Part shown: in pieces, positions 30,011 through 39,600 of the stretch | Layout of the letters: each line of letters opens with the position of its first letter | Numbering within the stretch: position 1 is the stretch's first letter | Origin: Faecalibacterium sp. | GTDB lineage: Bacteria; Bacillota; Clostridia; Oscillospirales; Ruminococcaceae | NCBI GenBank assembly: GCA_029264955.1 | Contig: JARHYC010000007.1 | Coordinates: 11,668 to 75,667, forward strand | Reading direction: 5' to 3' | DNA length: 64,000 nucleotides | The notes under the pieces: model-generated | Database searches by the model: none | Told to the model about the DNA's origin: nothing | What the model saw: the letters and a program-made list of their open reading frames with translations, nothing else | Translations under genes and position numbers: made by a program

Positions 30011-30808
30011 TTAGCGACGATTCTTCATCTCAATCATGTCGCCATAGACGGGGGTGGGCATACCGAAACCGCCGGAAACAGCCAGGATCTGACCGGTGGT
30101 GTATGCGGAATCGTCACTCGCAAAGTAAACGACAGCTGTACCGATTTCTTCCGGTGTTCCCATGCGCTTAATGGGTGTGTGCTTCAGGAAGAAGTCGCGG
30201 AATTCGGGGGACAGATTTTCATTGACTGCGTCGGTTGCCGTCATACCGGGCAGAACGGCATTGCAGCGAATGTTGTTGCGTGCCTCTTGCACTGCAATCA
30301 GCTTGGTCATGTAGTTGATGGCTGCCTTGCTGGTTGCGTAAGAAGTCTGAGAAATGTCGGGAATGATACCGCCGACAGAAGAAATGTTGATGATGCTGCC
30401 GCCGCCGTTCTGAATCATGTGGGGGATTGCTGCCTGAGAGGACAGGAACACACTGGCAAGATTTGCCTCCAGCGTGCCGATGAAATCAGAAAAATCGGTG
30501 TGCTCAATGTCCAAATCGACCTTCGGGTTGGAAGTACCGAAGTTGTTGACCAGTACGTCGATTTTGCCTTCGTTCTTGACCACTTCTGCTATCATGCTCT
30601 GATAGGTTTCGTGCTTGGTAGCATCGTTATAAACGGTCTTGACGGTGTAACCCTGTTCGTTCAGTTCTTTTGCACGCTCAGCTGCACGTTCCATGTTGCG
30701 CGCGCCCATGTATACGATAGCGCCTTCCTTTGCACAAGCCTTTACGGTAGCCAGACCAATACCACGAGTAGATGCGGTCACCAAAACAACTTTACCTTGC
30801 AATCTCAT
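30011..30808 (-). CDS. hdhA: Bile acid 7-alpha-hydroxysteroid dehydrogenase (SDR)
   Basis: VTASTRGIG, NNFGTSNP, PDISQTSYATSKAAINY and RCNAVLPGMTATDAV; closely resembles clostridial NADP-dependent 7a-HSDH as recalled; start 30808. Confidence 0.85.
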   Translation of the reverse strand: MRLQGKVVLVTASTRGIGLATVKACAKEGAIVYMGARNMERAAERAKELNEQGYTVKTVYNDATKHETYQSMIAEVVKNEGKIDVLVNNFGTSNPKVDLDIEHTDFSDFIGTLEANLASVFLSSQAAIPHMIQNGGGSIINISSVGGIIPDISQTSYATSKAAINYMTKLIAVQEARNNIRCNAVLPGMTATDAVNENLSPEFRDFFLKHTPIKRMGTPEEIGTAVVYFASDDSAYTTGQILAVSGGFGMPTPVYGDMIEMKNRR

Positions 30809-30948
30809 AATACACACTCCTTTAGTAGGAAAATATAAGTTGAGAATATTTCTAGCAGAATTCTGAATTTTTGTCAATGCATCGTTAAAAATATAATAAT
30901 TGGACTGTGCGGTGTTAAATCAGGAAAAACACAAAGCATCGGCAGAAA

Positions 30949-31430
30949 TGAAATCCATTTGATGGACAATATTTTGAAATAAAAATGAGCTAAGCAGCCG
31001 AAAGAGCTTGCAAAGCAGTGGCAAGCTCTTTAATTTTGTCTAGATGCAGTTGTATTAATCGGAATACTCGATCAACTCTGCCCGGAAGTGTTCTATGGAG
31101 TTGAAGTTTGCAGGTAGGAAAATTCGATTTTCTGTAGCCCAAAGAAAGTTTTAATTACAGCATTGTCCAGACGATTTCTCTTGCGGCGCATACACTGCAG
31201 GATACCTTTATTCTGAGTTTTGTTGGTACTGTTTGTTCTGCTAGTGCCAGCCTTGGGCTGATTGAAGAATTAAATTCGGACCATCTGGTATTTGTGCAAA
31301 GGCTTTGCCCAGCATGGAAGGCACCATGCTGAGGACAGGTTTGTCTGAGATTGTGTAGCTGACCCGATCACTGCTGCATAAATCAAGAATCGGTAAAAGA
31401 TGCAGCTTTTCTCCAAACAGACTGGTATGG
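30949..31430 (-). mobile_element. Second decayed IS3/IS150-like 3' fragment
   Basis: Minus strand FGEKLHLLPILDL..VSYTISDKPVLSMV..MLGKAF..LILQSAQGWH, RLDNAVIKTFFGL, IEHFRAELIEY; eroded right IR near 30949-30975. Confidence 0.8.
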
Positions 31431-31486
31431 ATCGGGCTTTTTATGATTGTGTTATCTTACGGACACTGAGGAAGGAGCGTGCAGTA

Positions 31487-32230
31487 TCAGTACAAAACAC
31501 GACCTAAAAATTCTTTAGTGCGAGGGTTTTGCGGATGATTAAAGACTTCGTCGGGGGTTCCCTTCTCGGCGATGATTCCACCATCCATAAAAAAGATCCG
31601 ATCAGAAACTTCCTTTGCAAAACCCATTTCGTGTGTGACGATAACGGTGGTCATGCCGGTTTTAACGAGCTCTTTAATGACCTGCAATACCTCGCCAACC
31701 ATTTCCGGGTCCAGTGCAGAGGTTGGCTCGTCGAACAGCATGACTTCCGGCTCCATGGCTAAAGCACGGACGATTGCCAGACGCTGTTTTTGTCCACCGG
31801 ACAAGGTGCTGGGACGTGCGTCGATTTTGCTCAGCAGGCCGACACGATCCAGAAGCTCTTTTGCTGTTTCGGCTGCCTCTGCCTTGGACTTTTTCTTCAG
31901 CATCATCGGTGCCATCATTACATTTTCACCGACGGTCATATTCGGAAATACGTTAAAGTGCTGGAAAACCATGCCCATCTTCTGGCGATGCAGATTGATA
32001 TCCACGTGCTTGTCTGTAATGTCTACGCCTTCAAAGTAGACGTGACCGGAGGACGGCGTTTCTAAAAGATTCAGGCAGCGAAGAAAAGTGCTTTTTCCGC
32101 CGCCAGAAGGGCCAATCATCGAAACGACCTCGCCTTTGTGAATCTGTTCGGTAACACCCTTTAAGACATGTAGATGACCGAACGATTTGTTCAGATCTTC
32201 CACCCGGATAATATCTCGATTGTTATTCAC
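31487..32230 (-). CDS. Polar amino-acid ABC transporter ATP-binding protein (GlnQ/ArtP-like)
   Basis: [26 protein letters not shown] and VTHEMGFA. Confidence 0.95.
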   Translation of the reverse strand: MNNNRDIIRVEDLNKSFGHLHVLKGVTEQIHKGEVVSMIGPSGGGKSTFLRCLNLLETPSSGHVYFEGVDITDKHVDINLHRQKMGMVFQHFNVFPNMTVGENVMMAPMMLKKKSKAEAAETAKELLDRVGLLSKIDARPSTLSGGQKQRLAIVRALAMEPEVMLFDEPTSALDPEMVGEVLQVIKELVKTGMTTVIVTHEMGFAKEVSDRIFFMDGGIIAEKGTPDEVFNHPQNPRTKEFLGRVLY

Positions 32231-32912
32231 CTGCGTTCAATCTCCTCTCCAGTACAGAAATCAGCTTGGACAGTACAAATGTCAAAATGAAGTAGATTAA
32301 GCCAACAATGGTCAGCGGTTCCAATACGCGGAAGGTAATGCCGTTGATGGTCTTAAACTGGGTCATCAGTTCTCCAATAAAGAAGGTGGAGGCCAGCGAG
32401 GTCTCTTTTACGACGGCAATAAATTCATTGCAAAGGGCGGGCAGAATATTTTTTACAGCCTGTGGCAGAATGACTTTTCGCAATGCTTGCCCGGAACTTA
32501 AACCAAGTGAACGAGCGGCTTCGTTTTGCCCGGGGTCAACAGCTTGAATGCCGGCACGGACGATTTCGCAAACATAAGCGGTGGAGTTGACACAGCAGGC
32601 GACCAACACGCAGGTAAACTCGTCCAACTCTAAAAATGGTAAAAACTGGGGCAGCATAAAGTAGAAAAAGTACAGCTGCAGAAGGATAGGTGTTCCGCGA
32701 ATGATTTCTACATAAACCGCAGCGAGCATCCGAAGCGGTTTGATAGGGCCGATGCCCCAGTTGCTCCGTCTCAGCATTGCCATAATGGAACCAAACACGG
32801 TACTGATCATAACGGTCAGAAGACCCATCCAAATCGTCATGCCAAGTCCATGCAGGAATAGCGCTTTGTATTCGCTCCAGATACCTGCTGTGACTACAAA
32901 AAAGTCTCTCAT
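32223..32912 (-). CDS. Polar amino-acid ABC transporter permease
   Basis: [26 protein letters not shown] and KETSL. Confidence 0.95.
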   Translation of the reverse strand: MRDFFVVTAGIWSEYKALFLHGLGMTIWMGLLTVMISTVFGSIMAMLRRSNWGIGPIKPLRMLAAVYVEIIRGTPILLQLYFFYFMLPQFLPFLELDEFTCVLVACCVNSTAYVCEIVRAGIQAVDPGQNEAARSLGLSSGQALRKVILPQAVKNILPALCNEFIAVVKETSLASTFFIGELMTQFKTINGITFRVLEPLTIVGLIYFILTFVLSKLISVLERRLNAGE

Positions 32913-32977
32913 AGTTTTCGATTCCTCTCATCCAATGAATGGTGCGCTTTCTTTTAGCAAAAGTACAGCCGGCGTGG

Positions 32978-33865
32978 TTATTCTCCCATCTGGATACCCA
33001 GAGAATCTGCCAGCTCGGTAGCTTCTTTTGTCCACTGATCGTACAGACCTTGTTCGTTAACTTCTGCAATAGCGGCATTTACAGCCTCCAGCAGCTCGGT
33101 TTCACCCTTCTTGATGCCGGCAACATTGCCCTCGCTGCCGTATGCAAACTGGAATTCAGCCATTTCAGCATCGGGATAGTTCTTCAGCATACTCTTAGCG
33201 TTATCGCTGTCTACAGCAAGGGCATCGGCTTTACCGGTAAGAACCATCATAACGCCATCAGAAATAGAAGAAACAGGCTGGAACTTTACATCCGCTGGCA
33301 GCTGTTCATTTACCAGTGTCTGCTGGATGGATGCGTTCTGTGCAACGATTTTCTTGCCGGCAAAGGATTCTGCGGTGTTATAGCTTGCACCCTGACCCTT
33401 TGGTACCAGCAGACCCTGATAACCATCTTCGGTGGTAGTATTGAATTTGTCGCTCAGTTCCATCGCTTCTGCACGCTTTTCGGTGTAAGCAAAACCGGCG
33501 ATGCCGATATCAATGGTGCCGGACTGAATTGCCTGCTGGATTGCGGAGAATTCCATGGCTTTAACTTCCAGCTCAACACCAAGGGACTCTGCAATGTACT
33601 TGCCTAGCTCAATATCAGAGCCAACGTAGACGGCTTCTCCGGAGCTGTTGTCGATAAATTCGGATGGGGCAAAGTCGGGGGAAGTGCCCATGACCAGCTT
33701 GCCGGATGCCTTGATTTTGTCCAGACGAGATTCAGAGGTGGTGCCTGCCGAAGCACCGGAACGATTGGAAGAATCGGAGTTCGACGTTGTCGGGCTGTTC
33801 TGACAGCCTGTCAATACACAAGTGAACATCGTAGCGGCTAATGCTATCGCAAGAAACTTTTTCAT
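32978..33865 (-). CDS. Polar amino-acid ABC substrate-binding lipoprotein (family 3)
   Basis: Lipobox LTGC, GTSPDFAPSEF, GSDIEL and TEKRAEAM. Confidence 0.92.
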   Translation of the reverse strand: MKKFLAIALAATMFTCVLTGCQNSPTTSNSDSSNRSGASAGTTSESRLDKIKASGKLVMGTSPDFAPSEFIDNSSGEAVYVGSDIELGKYIAESLGVELEVKAMEFSAIQQAIQSGTIDIGIAGFAYTEKRAEAMELSDKFNTTTEDGYQGLLVPKGQGASYNTAESFAGKKIVAQNASIQQTLVNEQLPADVKFQPVSSISDGVMMVLTGKADALAVDSDNAKSMLKNYPDAEMAEFQFAYGSEGNVAGIKKGETELLEAVNAAIAEVNEQGLYDQWTKEATELADSLGIQMGE

Positions 33866-33935
33866 AATGATCTCTCCTCAAATATCCCTCAAGTTTTAGA
33901 TCGCGCTTCATCCGTGGCGATGGCTGTATTATATC

Positions 33936-33977
33936 GCATAAATATTCGCTAGTAAATAGTTATACGAATATTTATGC
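33936..33977. promoter_or_regulatory. Pair of ARG-box-like operators over the ABC promoter
   Basis: GCATAAATATTCG (33936-33948) and its exact reverse complement (33965-33977); minus-strand TATAAT at 33927-33932. Confidence 0.55.
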
Positions 33978-34424
33978 AATATTGTGAAAAGGCATAAGTG
34001 AAGGGATGAAAAAACATGCATTCCTGAGCAAAAGATACAGAGTTATACATGAATATTGAAGTAATATGCAAATACTGCGGTGAAACAATGTATACAAAAT
34101 GAAAATATACGGTGCATATACTAGGGCAATTATACGGTCATTACGAGGATGAAAGGAAGAATTCACAGGTGAGTGCAGAAAGAAAATGTGTATATTTTTG
34201 CATAAATGCAAGAATATAAGAAGTGATACCTAAAAGGTGTGCCTCACGCCAGGAAAAGAGACGAACGACGAAATTTGGAACATAGGAACTTAGCTTTCAT
34301 ATCGTAGTAGGATACGCACTATACAATATAAATGTTTCTCATAAACAAAGGCGGAATATATAAAAATACCGATATTCCACTCCACTCAAGGAGAAGGAAA
34401 TATCGGCATGTTTGGGTCTAAAGA

Positions 34425-35651
34425 TTATTTGAAATCAAATTTGAAAACGGCAGTGGGATCATTGTAGTTTTCGTTGGATACCCAGAGCATAGATTTGTCG
34501 GTCAGGTTATAAACAGCGCTGTGTACAGTAGAACCATTGCGGTCGTCATTGTCCCAGCTGCGGCGACCAACAATGCCCAGAATGTTCATGGCTGCTTTTT
34601 CATCGGCTACAATGCCATTGGTTTGCGTCAATTCATCCCAAAGGCAGATGTAGCGATCAAATCCCTTTTTATCGTCCGCAGGGGAACCTTCGTAATAGCC
34701 GGGCTGAAGAATAAAGTTTGTGATGACCTGATGGTTGGATTCTGCTTCAAAGTTGCCGATGTGTGCATCGGCATCGTTATATGTCACAACCAGTTTGCGT
34801 GCGTTGCCGTCGTTGTCCGTACTGTCGGTATTGGCTACCCATTCCAGAATGGCGCTTTTGCCAGTGGAGTCCGCTACCATGTAATGATAGGAGGTTTTGG
34901 CAGAATCGTGCAGATCATACATAGAAGCAATCTGGACGGCTTGCTCCACATTGTCAGCATAATCCAGAATCAAACGCAGCAGAGTGGTAGAGGTCAAATC
35001 CGGCTTTTCCGTGTTTTGATCGGTGGGGATGGTTTTCTCACCACCCTGATAGGTCATATAAATACCGCAGCTGACGCCGGCGTCGTTGATACCGTCCAGT
35101 GGAGCGTAAGGAGCGGCGAGAGAAACAATTTTGTCTATCATACGGTTCATATTGTTCTCCGGGTCAATACCCAGGAACTGCAAGTCTACGGTAGAGATGG
35201 TCGCATGACGATCCTTTTTTGCCTTGGTAAAGACCAGACAAGTGTTGGTCTTGGAGAAATCGTAGTTTCGGGCAAACAGCATATCGTCGTCTGCCGTGTG
35301 TGCCGTAAAGGAAGAACAGCCGATTTCGGGATCCGCAATGTTGATTTTCAGCAGACCCTTGGTAAGGTGCTTGGTGACAAAATCAATCAGTTCGCTGTCG
35401 CTGGATACACCGCCTTGCTCGATAAAGTCATCCAGATAATAGTCGCCATGTACCTGCATAGAATAAACAGCGCCGTCGCCGTGGGCGTCGTTGCGGTCGC
35501 GCAGAAGTTGGATGCTGGATAAGGTGAAAAGCTCATTGTGCCAGACTGCAAATACAAGAATGGCAGCCAATAGAAGTAAGCTGAGCAGCACCGCGAGGAT
35601 GTGTGTCAGGACTTTTTTACCAGTAGATTTTGTTTTATAGGTTGCTTTCAT
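34425..35651 (-). CDS. Membrane-anchored Ntn hydrolase (peptidase C45/linear amide C-N hydrolase family)
   Basis: N-terminal TM, GCSSF nucleophile followed by FARNYD, LDGINDAG, YHYMVAD and TNF. Confidence 0.8.
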   Translation of the reverse strand: MKATYKTKSTGKKVLTHILAVLLSLLLLAAILVFAVWHNELFTLSSIQLLRDRNDAHGDGAVYSMQVHGDYYLDDFIEQGGVSSDSELIDFVTKHLTKGLLKINIADPEIGCSSFTAHTADDDMLFARNYDFSKTNTCLVFTKAKKDRHATISTVDLQFLGIDPENNMNRMIDKIVSLAAPYAPLDGINDAGVSCGIYMTYQGGEKTIPTDQNTEKPDLTSTTLLRLILDYADNVEQAVQIASMYDLHDSAKTSYHYMVADSTGKSAILEWVANTDSTDNDGNARKLVVTYNDADAHIGNFEAESNHQVITNFILQPGYYEGSPADDKKGFDRYICLWDELTQTNGIVADEKAAMNILGIVGRRSWDNDDRNGSTVHSAVYNLTDKSMLWVSNENYNDPTAVFKFDFK

Positions 35652-35851
35652 AGCAAATACCCCTTTCTGGTTATTTTGCAACAGCAAAAGGAATGTGAAT
35701 GGAACATGATAGGAAACTGAAAAGCCTTATAAAGGTTTTTCAAAAACCGAAAAGAAGGTTATCACATACGCAGAAGCCTGTCAAGGGTTGTTCGAAAGCC
35801 TGTTATGGGTTTTCGTTGACAATTTTACAGATTGTCAGTATAATTTGATTC

Positions 35852-36409
35852 ATGGATAAAAAAATAGAACAGGCACTGGCAGATTCGATTCGCGGTTTTC
35901 GTCTGCCCAGATATGCCGAGCTGCCAACAGGTGGGCTCTACTTAAAACAAACCGAAAAATACATCAATCAATGTCTGGCTCGCCTTGGCAATATTGAGAT
36001 TACCAGTTCGATGATTCGCAATTATGTCAAGCAGGGTCTTGTGGATAATCCGGTGCAGAAGCTGTACTATGCCGATCAGATTGGATATTTGATTTGCATT
36101 GCCATTTTGAAGCACGCAGCTCCACTAGAGTGTGTGCAGCGGCTGTTTGCACGGCAGAAGGACACCTATACCAACGAAACAGCCTACAACTATTTTTGCA
36201 TGGAAATGGAGAATGTGCTGTATCATCGCTTTGGATTGAAGACACAAATCGAAAATTTGGGTGTCACATCATCTCTGGAGAAGGAAATGCTGCGAAGCGC
36301 GGTAACAGCGGTATCGCATATGATTTATTTGGATGCTTGTTTCCGTCTCGTGCAGGAACAAGATGATGCGGAGGATGCAAAATCTTCAGGGAATTATAAA
36401 AATTTATAG
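35852..36409 (+). CDS. DUF1836-family putative HTH regulator
   Basis: LPRYAELP.GGLY..Q, ITSSMIRNYVKQGL..P..K.Y. Confidence 0.8.
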   Translation: MDKKIEQALADSIRGFRLPRYAELPTGGLYLKQTEKYINQCLARLGNIEITSSMIRNYVKQGLVDNPVQKLYYADQIGYLICIAILKHAAPLECVQRLFARQKDTYTNETAYNYFCMEMENVLYHRFGLKTQIENLGVTSSLEKEMLRSAVTAVSHMIYLDACFRLVQEQDDAEDAKSSGNYKNL

Positions 36410-36417
36410 TCTAAATC

Positions 36418-36458
36418 AAATGAGGGTAGGAACAAATGCTTGGTTCCTACCCTCATTT
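36418..36458 (+). terminator. Terminator after the DUF1836 gene
   Basis: AAATGAGGGTAGGAAC / GTTCCTACCCTCATTT. Confidence 0.85.
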
Positions 36459-36688
36459 TGTATCTTATAAATTACAGAAAATAGAAATTGTGTTGTTAAG
36501 ACAAGGACAAAAAGTGTGACTTTTTTGAAGTTTGTTTTAGAAATATTGCCGACATGCGCAGAAGTAACACAAATGCTTGAAAAAATAAATGAATATTATA
36601 TAATAGGGCGAAAAGGTGCGGATTTTTTCATGGAAGTACAAGACAATGCCCAAAAGAAAAATCATTGCCTTAAAAAACGAAGAGGAGA

Positions 36689-39600
36689 ATGTGTGTGAAA
36701 TTAAGGAAGGCTTTGGCAACCCTGTTAGCGGCGGTAATGCTGATGGGTGTGTTGCCAGTAAATGTTTTGGCGGCAGAAGGCGAAATTAAACCTTTTGCAG
36801 AAGAATCCAAGAGCGAAGTGAGTGTAGGGGAGCTGGAAACGGAACCTACTGCGGAAGACACAGAACTCGAAATTGGTACAGAAAATGCTGATTTGGACGT
36901 GACTGCAGAAGAACCTGTGGTCACTCCGTCTGTTGAGGAGGCAGAGGAGGAAGCTGTCGCAGACGAATCGGAGATTGAAACGTACGCTGCTGTAGACATG
37001 GGGGATGCCTCCCATGATATCCCGGTGGAGGGAATCAAAGTTACCGCAGGCGATTCGCAGTCTGGTGAAGGTCCAGAGAAAGTTTTGGATGGTCAGGATG
37101 CCATGTGGCATACAAATTGGAATGGTTCGCCGTCGGAAAAGCACTGGATTCTGTTTGATTTGGGCAAGGATTATGCAGTAAGCGGTTTGCGTTATCTGCC
37201 CCGTCAGTCTCAGCAGAACGGTATCATTACCAAATACGAGATTTGGGGCAGTGTAGACGGTAAGACGTTCTCTAAGGTTGCAACTGGTGACTGGGCAGCG
37301 GACACAGCGTGGAAAACGGCATCGTTTGGCCCTTATGCGGCACGCTATATCGCACTCAAGTCGGTGCAGGGCATTGGCGGGTTTGCATCTGCTGCAGAGA
37401 TTCGTATTACGCAGGTAGAAGATGAAAATGCCTATGAGGTTGCCAGCTTCACGCAGGAAGCACACGGCGGCTGGCAGATTGCTCCTGGTTCTGGTACTGG
37501 TACAATGACCTTTGCAGAAAACCAGATGGAACTGTTTGCGAAAGGTGATACTGGAAATACGGCATACTGGGATGCAAATTCTCCGATGCTGGAAGCAGGT
37601 TTTGTAGAAGCGGTCATTACGCCGGTTGCTACGGATCGTTTTGCACTGCTGTATCGCTATACGGATAAGGACCATTACACCGGCGTCAGCTATGACGCTG
37701 GCAATTGGGGTTGGTGCGGTAATAATGGCAACAAATGGGGCAATCTGACCCAGGATGCAAGCTATGCACCAAAGGCAGGCGAAGCATTTACGCTGCGTGT
37801 TGCGTTTGAAGGTGCCAACGTGACTGTTTTTGCAAATGGCACACAGGTTGCACATGGTGCGATCAACGACGGCGCAATCAATCAGACGAAGGGTCACGTT
37901 GGTTTCCGTGTGTGGGGCGATGGCAGCGAGGCTACGCGTGGTCACATTAAGGTCAGCAGTGTAAAGATGGGCACGGTCAGCGCACAGCCATTGCCCAAGC
38001 CGGAAAAGCCGGTAGACCCTGTTGACGAAACCGATAAAGATGGTAACTACTTGATTACCTTTACGGATGCCGCACGCCGCGGCGGTCTGCATTTGCTGTC
38101 TGGTGATGGTACGGTCACTTTCCAGGATGGCGAAGGCGATAACGGTTATGCTGTTGTAGCAAAGCAGGACGAAGCTACCACGAAGGCAGTTTTTGTGGCA
38201 GATCGTGCTCCGGTTACGGAGAATGGTTTCCTGGAAGCGGATGTGACGAACCAGTCTGGCGGACGTTTGGGTTTGTTGCTGCGTATACAGGATAACGGAA
38301 ACTATGTTGGCGTTACATATGACGTTGGCAAGTGGGCAATTACCAAGAACGGCAGCAATATCACAGAGTTTGACGCGGGTGGCTGGGGTAAAGGCCAGAA
38401 AAAGCACATCCGTGTGGATTTTGCCGGCAATAAGATCACGGTGACGATAGATGGTTCACAGGTGTTCTCTCAGGAACTGCCGCAGCTGGCAGGTACTGGT
38501 GCTGGTAAGGTCGGTGCTGTTGTCTGGGGTTACTCCAATGGCGATAACCAAGGTAAGGCAAAGATCGATAATGTGGTTGTCGGAAAGCGTGTTGCCGTGG
38601 ATGTCAGCCCAAAAGAATATTCCCTTACTTATAAAGAAGCGGGCAAAACGGCGCTGAAGTTTGTTCTGGGGGAGACCTTGGCAAACAATGCGCTGACTAC
38701 CGTTAAGATTGGCAATCAGGAACTGGTAAAGGGTACGGATTATACGCTGACTGGCAACAGCCTGCGTCTGGAAGGCAGCCTGATTACTGAAGAAATGAAG
38801 CAGGCCGGCGGCACCAAAATCACTATGCTTTTTGCTGACGGTTTTGAGACTACGGTCAATGTGTTGATTCAGGCACAAGCACAGAAAACACAGATCAACT
38901 ACGTTCGCGACTTTACCACGGATCCCACCAAGGGTGAAAACCCGATGAAGCTGGCTTCCGGTAGTGCGAAGGTTGCTTATGATGCACAAAAACAAGCACT
39001 GGTGATCACGGGTGCAAATAGCGCAATGCTGGTGGATCAGGCAGCGCCGAAGCTGAAGAACTACGATGTGGAAATGACCTTTAATCTGCGTACCGATTCC
39101 GGTACATTTGCCGTCGTCGGTCGTCAGGAAGGTGCTGACTATGTAGCAGCAGGTCCCCATAACAGCGGCGGAATTGGCTGGCGTGTATTTTCCAATACGG
39201 GCGCAATCGATGTGCCTAACTATGAGGATGGCAACCAGATGTTTGGCAACCGTACCGTGCCATACAAGGTGCGTGTACGCTTCTTGGAGAAGAACGTAAT
39301 CATCTGGGTGGATGATTACGAAATGTGGTCTGGTACTGCAGATTGTTTGACTGGCGGCAATGGTTTACCCGGCCTGATGGTCAATGGCGCAGAACTGGAA
39401 CTGCTGGATTTCCGTGTCACCTCTGTGAACCTGCCGGAAGCGGAGGAAACCACCGGGGCAGAGCACCAGATTCATTCTGATAAGCTCACCGTAACGATGG
39501 ATGAATCCTTCCCGCGGGTCATCCGTTATACCATGGATGGTAAGACCCTGCAGGGTCAGGAAATTCCTTACTATGTGATCGAACTCAACAATAAGGAATA

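Noticed and set aside
33870-34330. T-box or lysine riboswitch upstream of the amino-acid ABC operon
   Set aside because: AT-rich, no T-box (AAGGTGGTACC) or terminator structure; DNA operators explain it better
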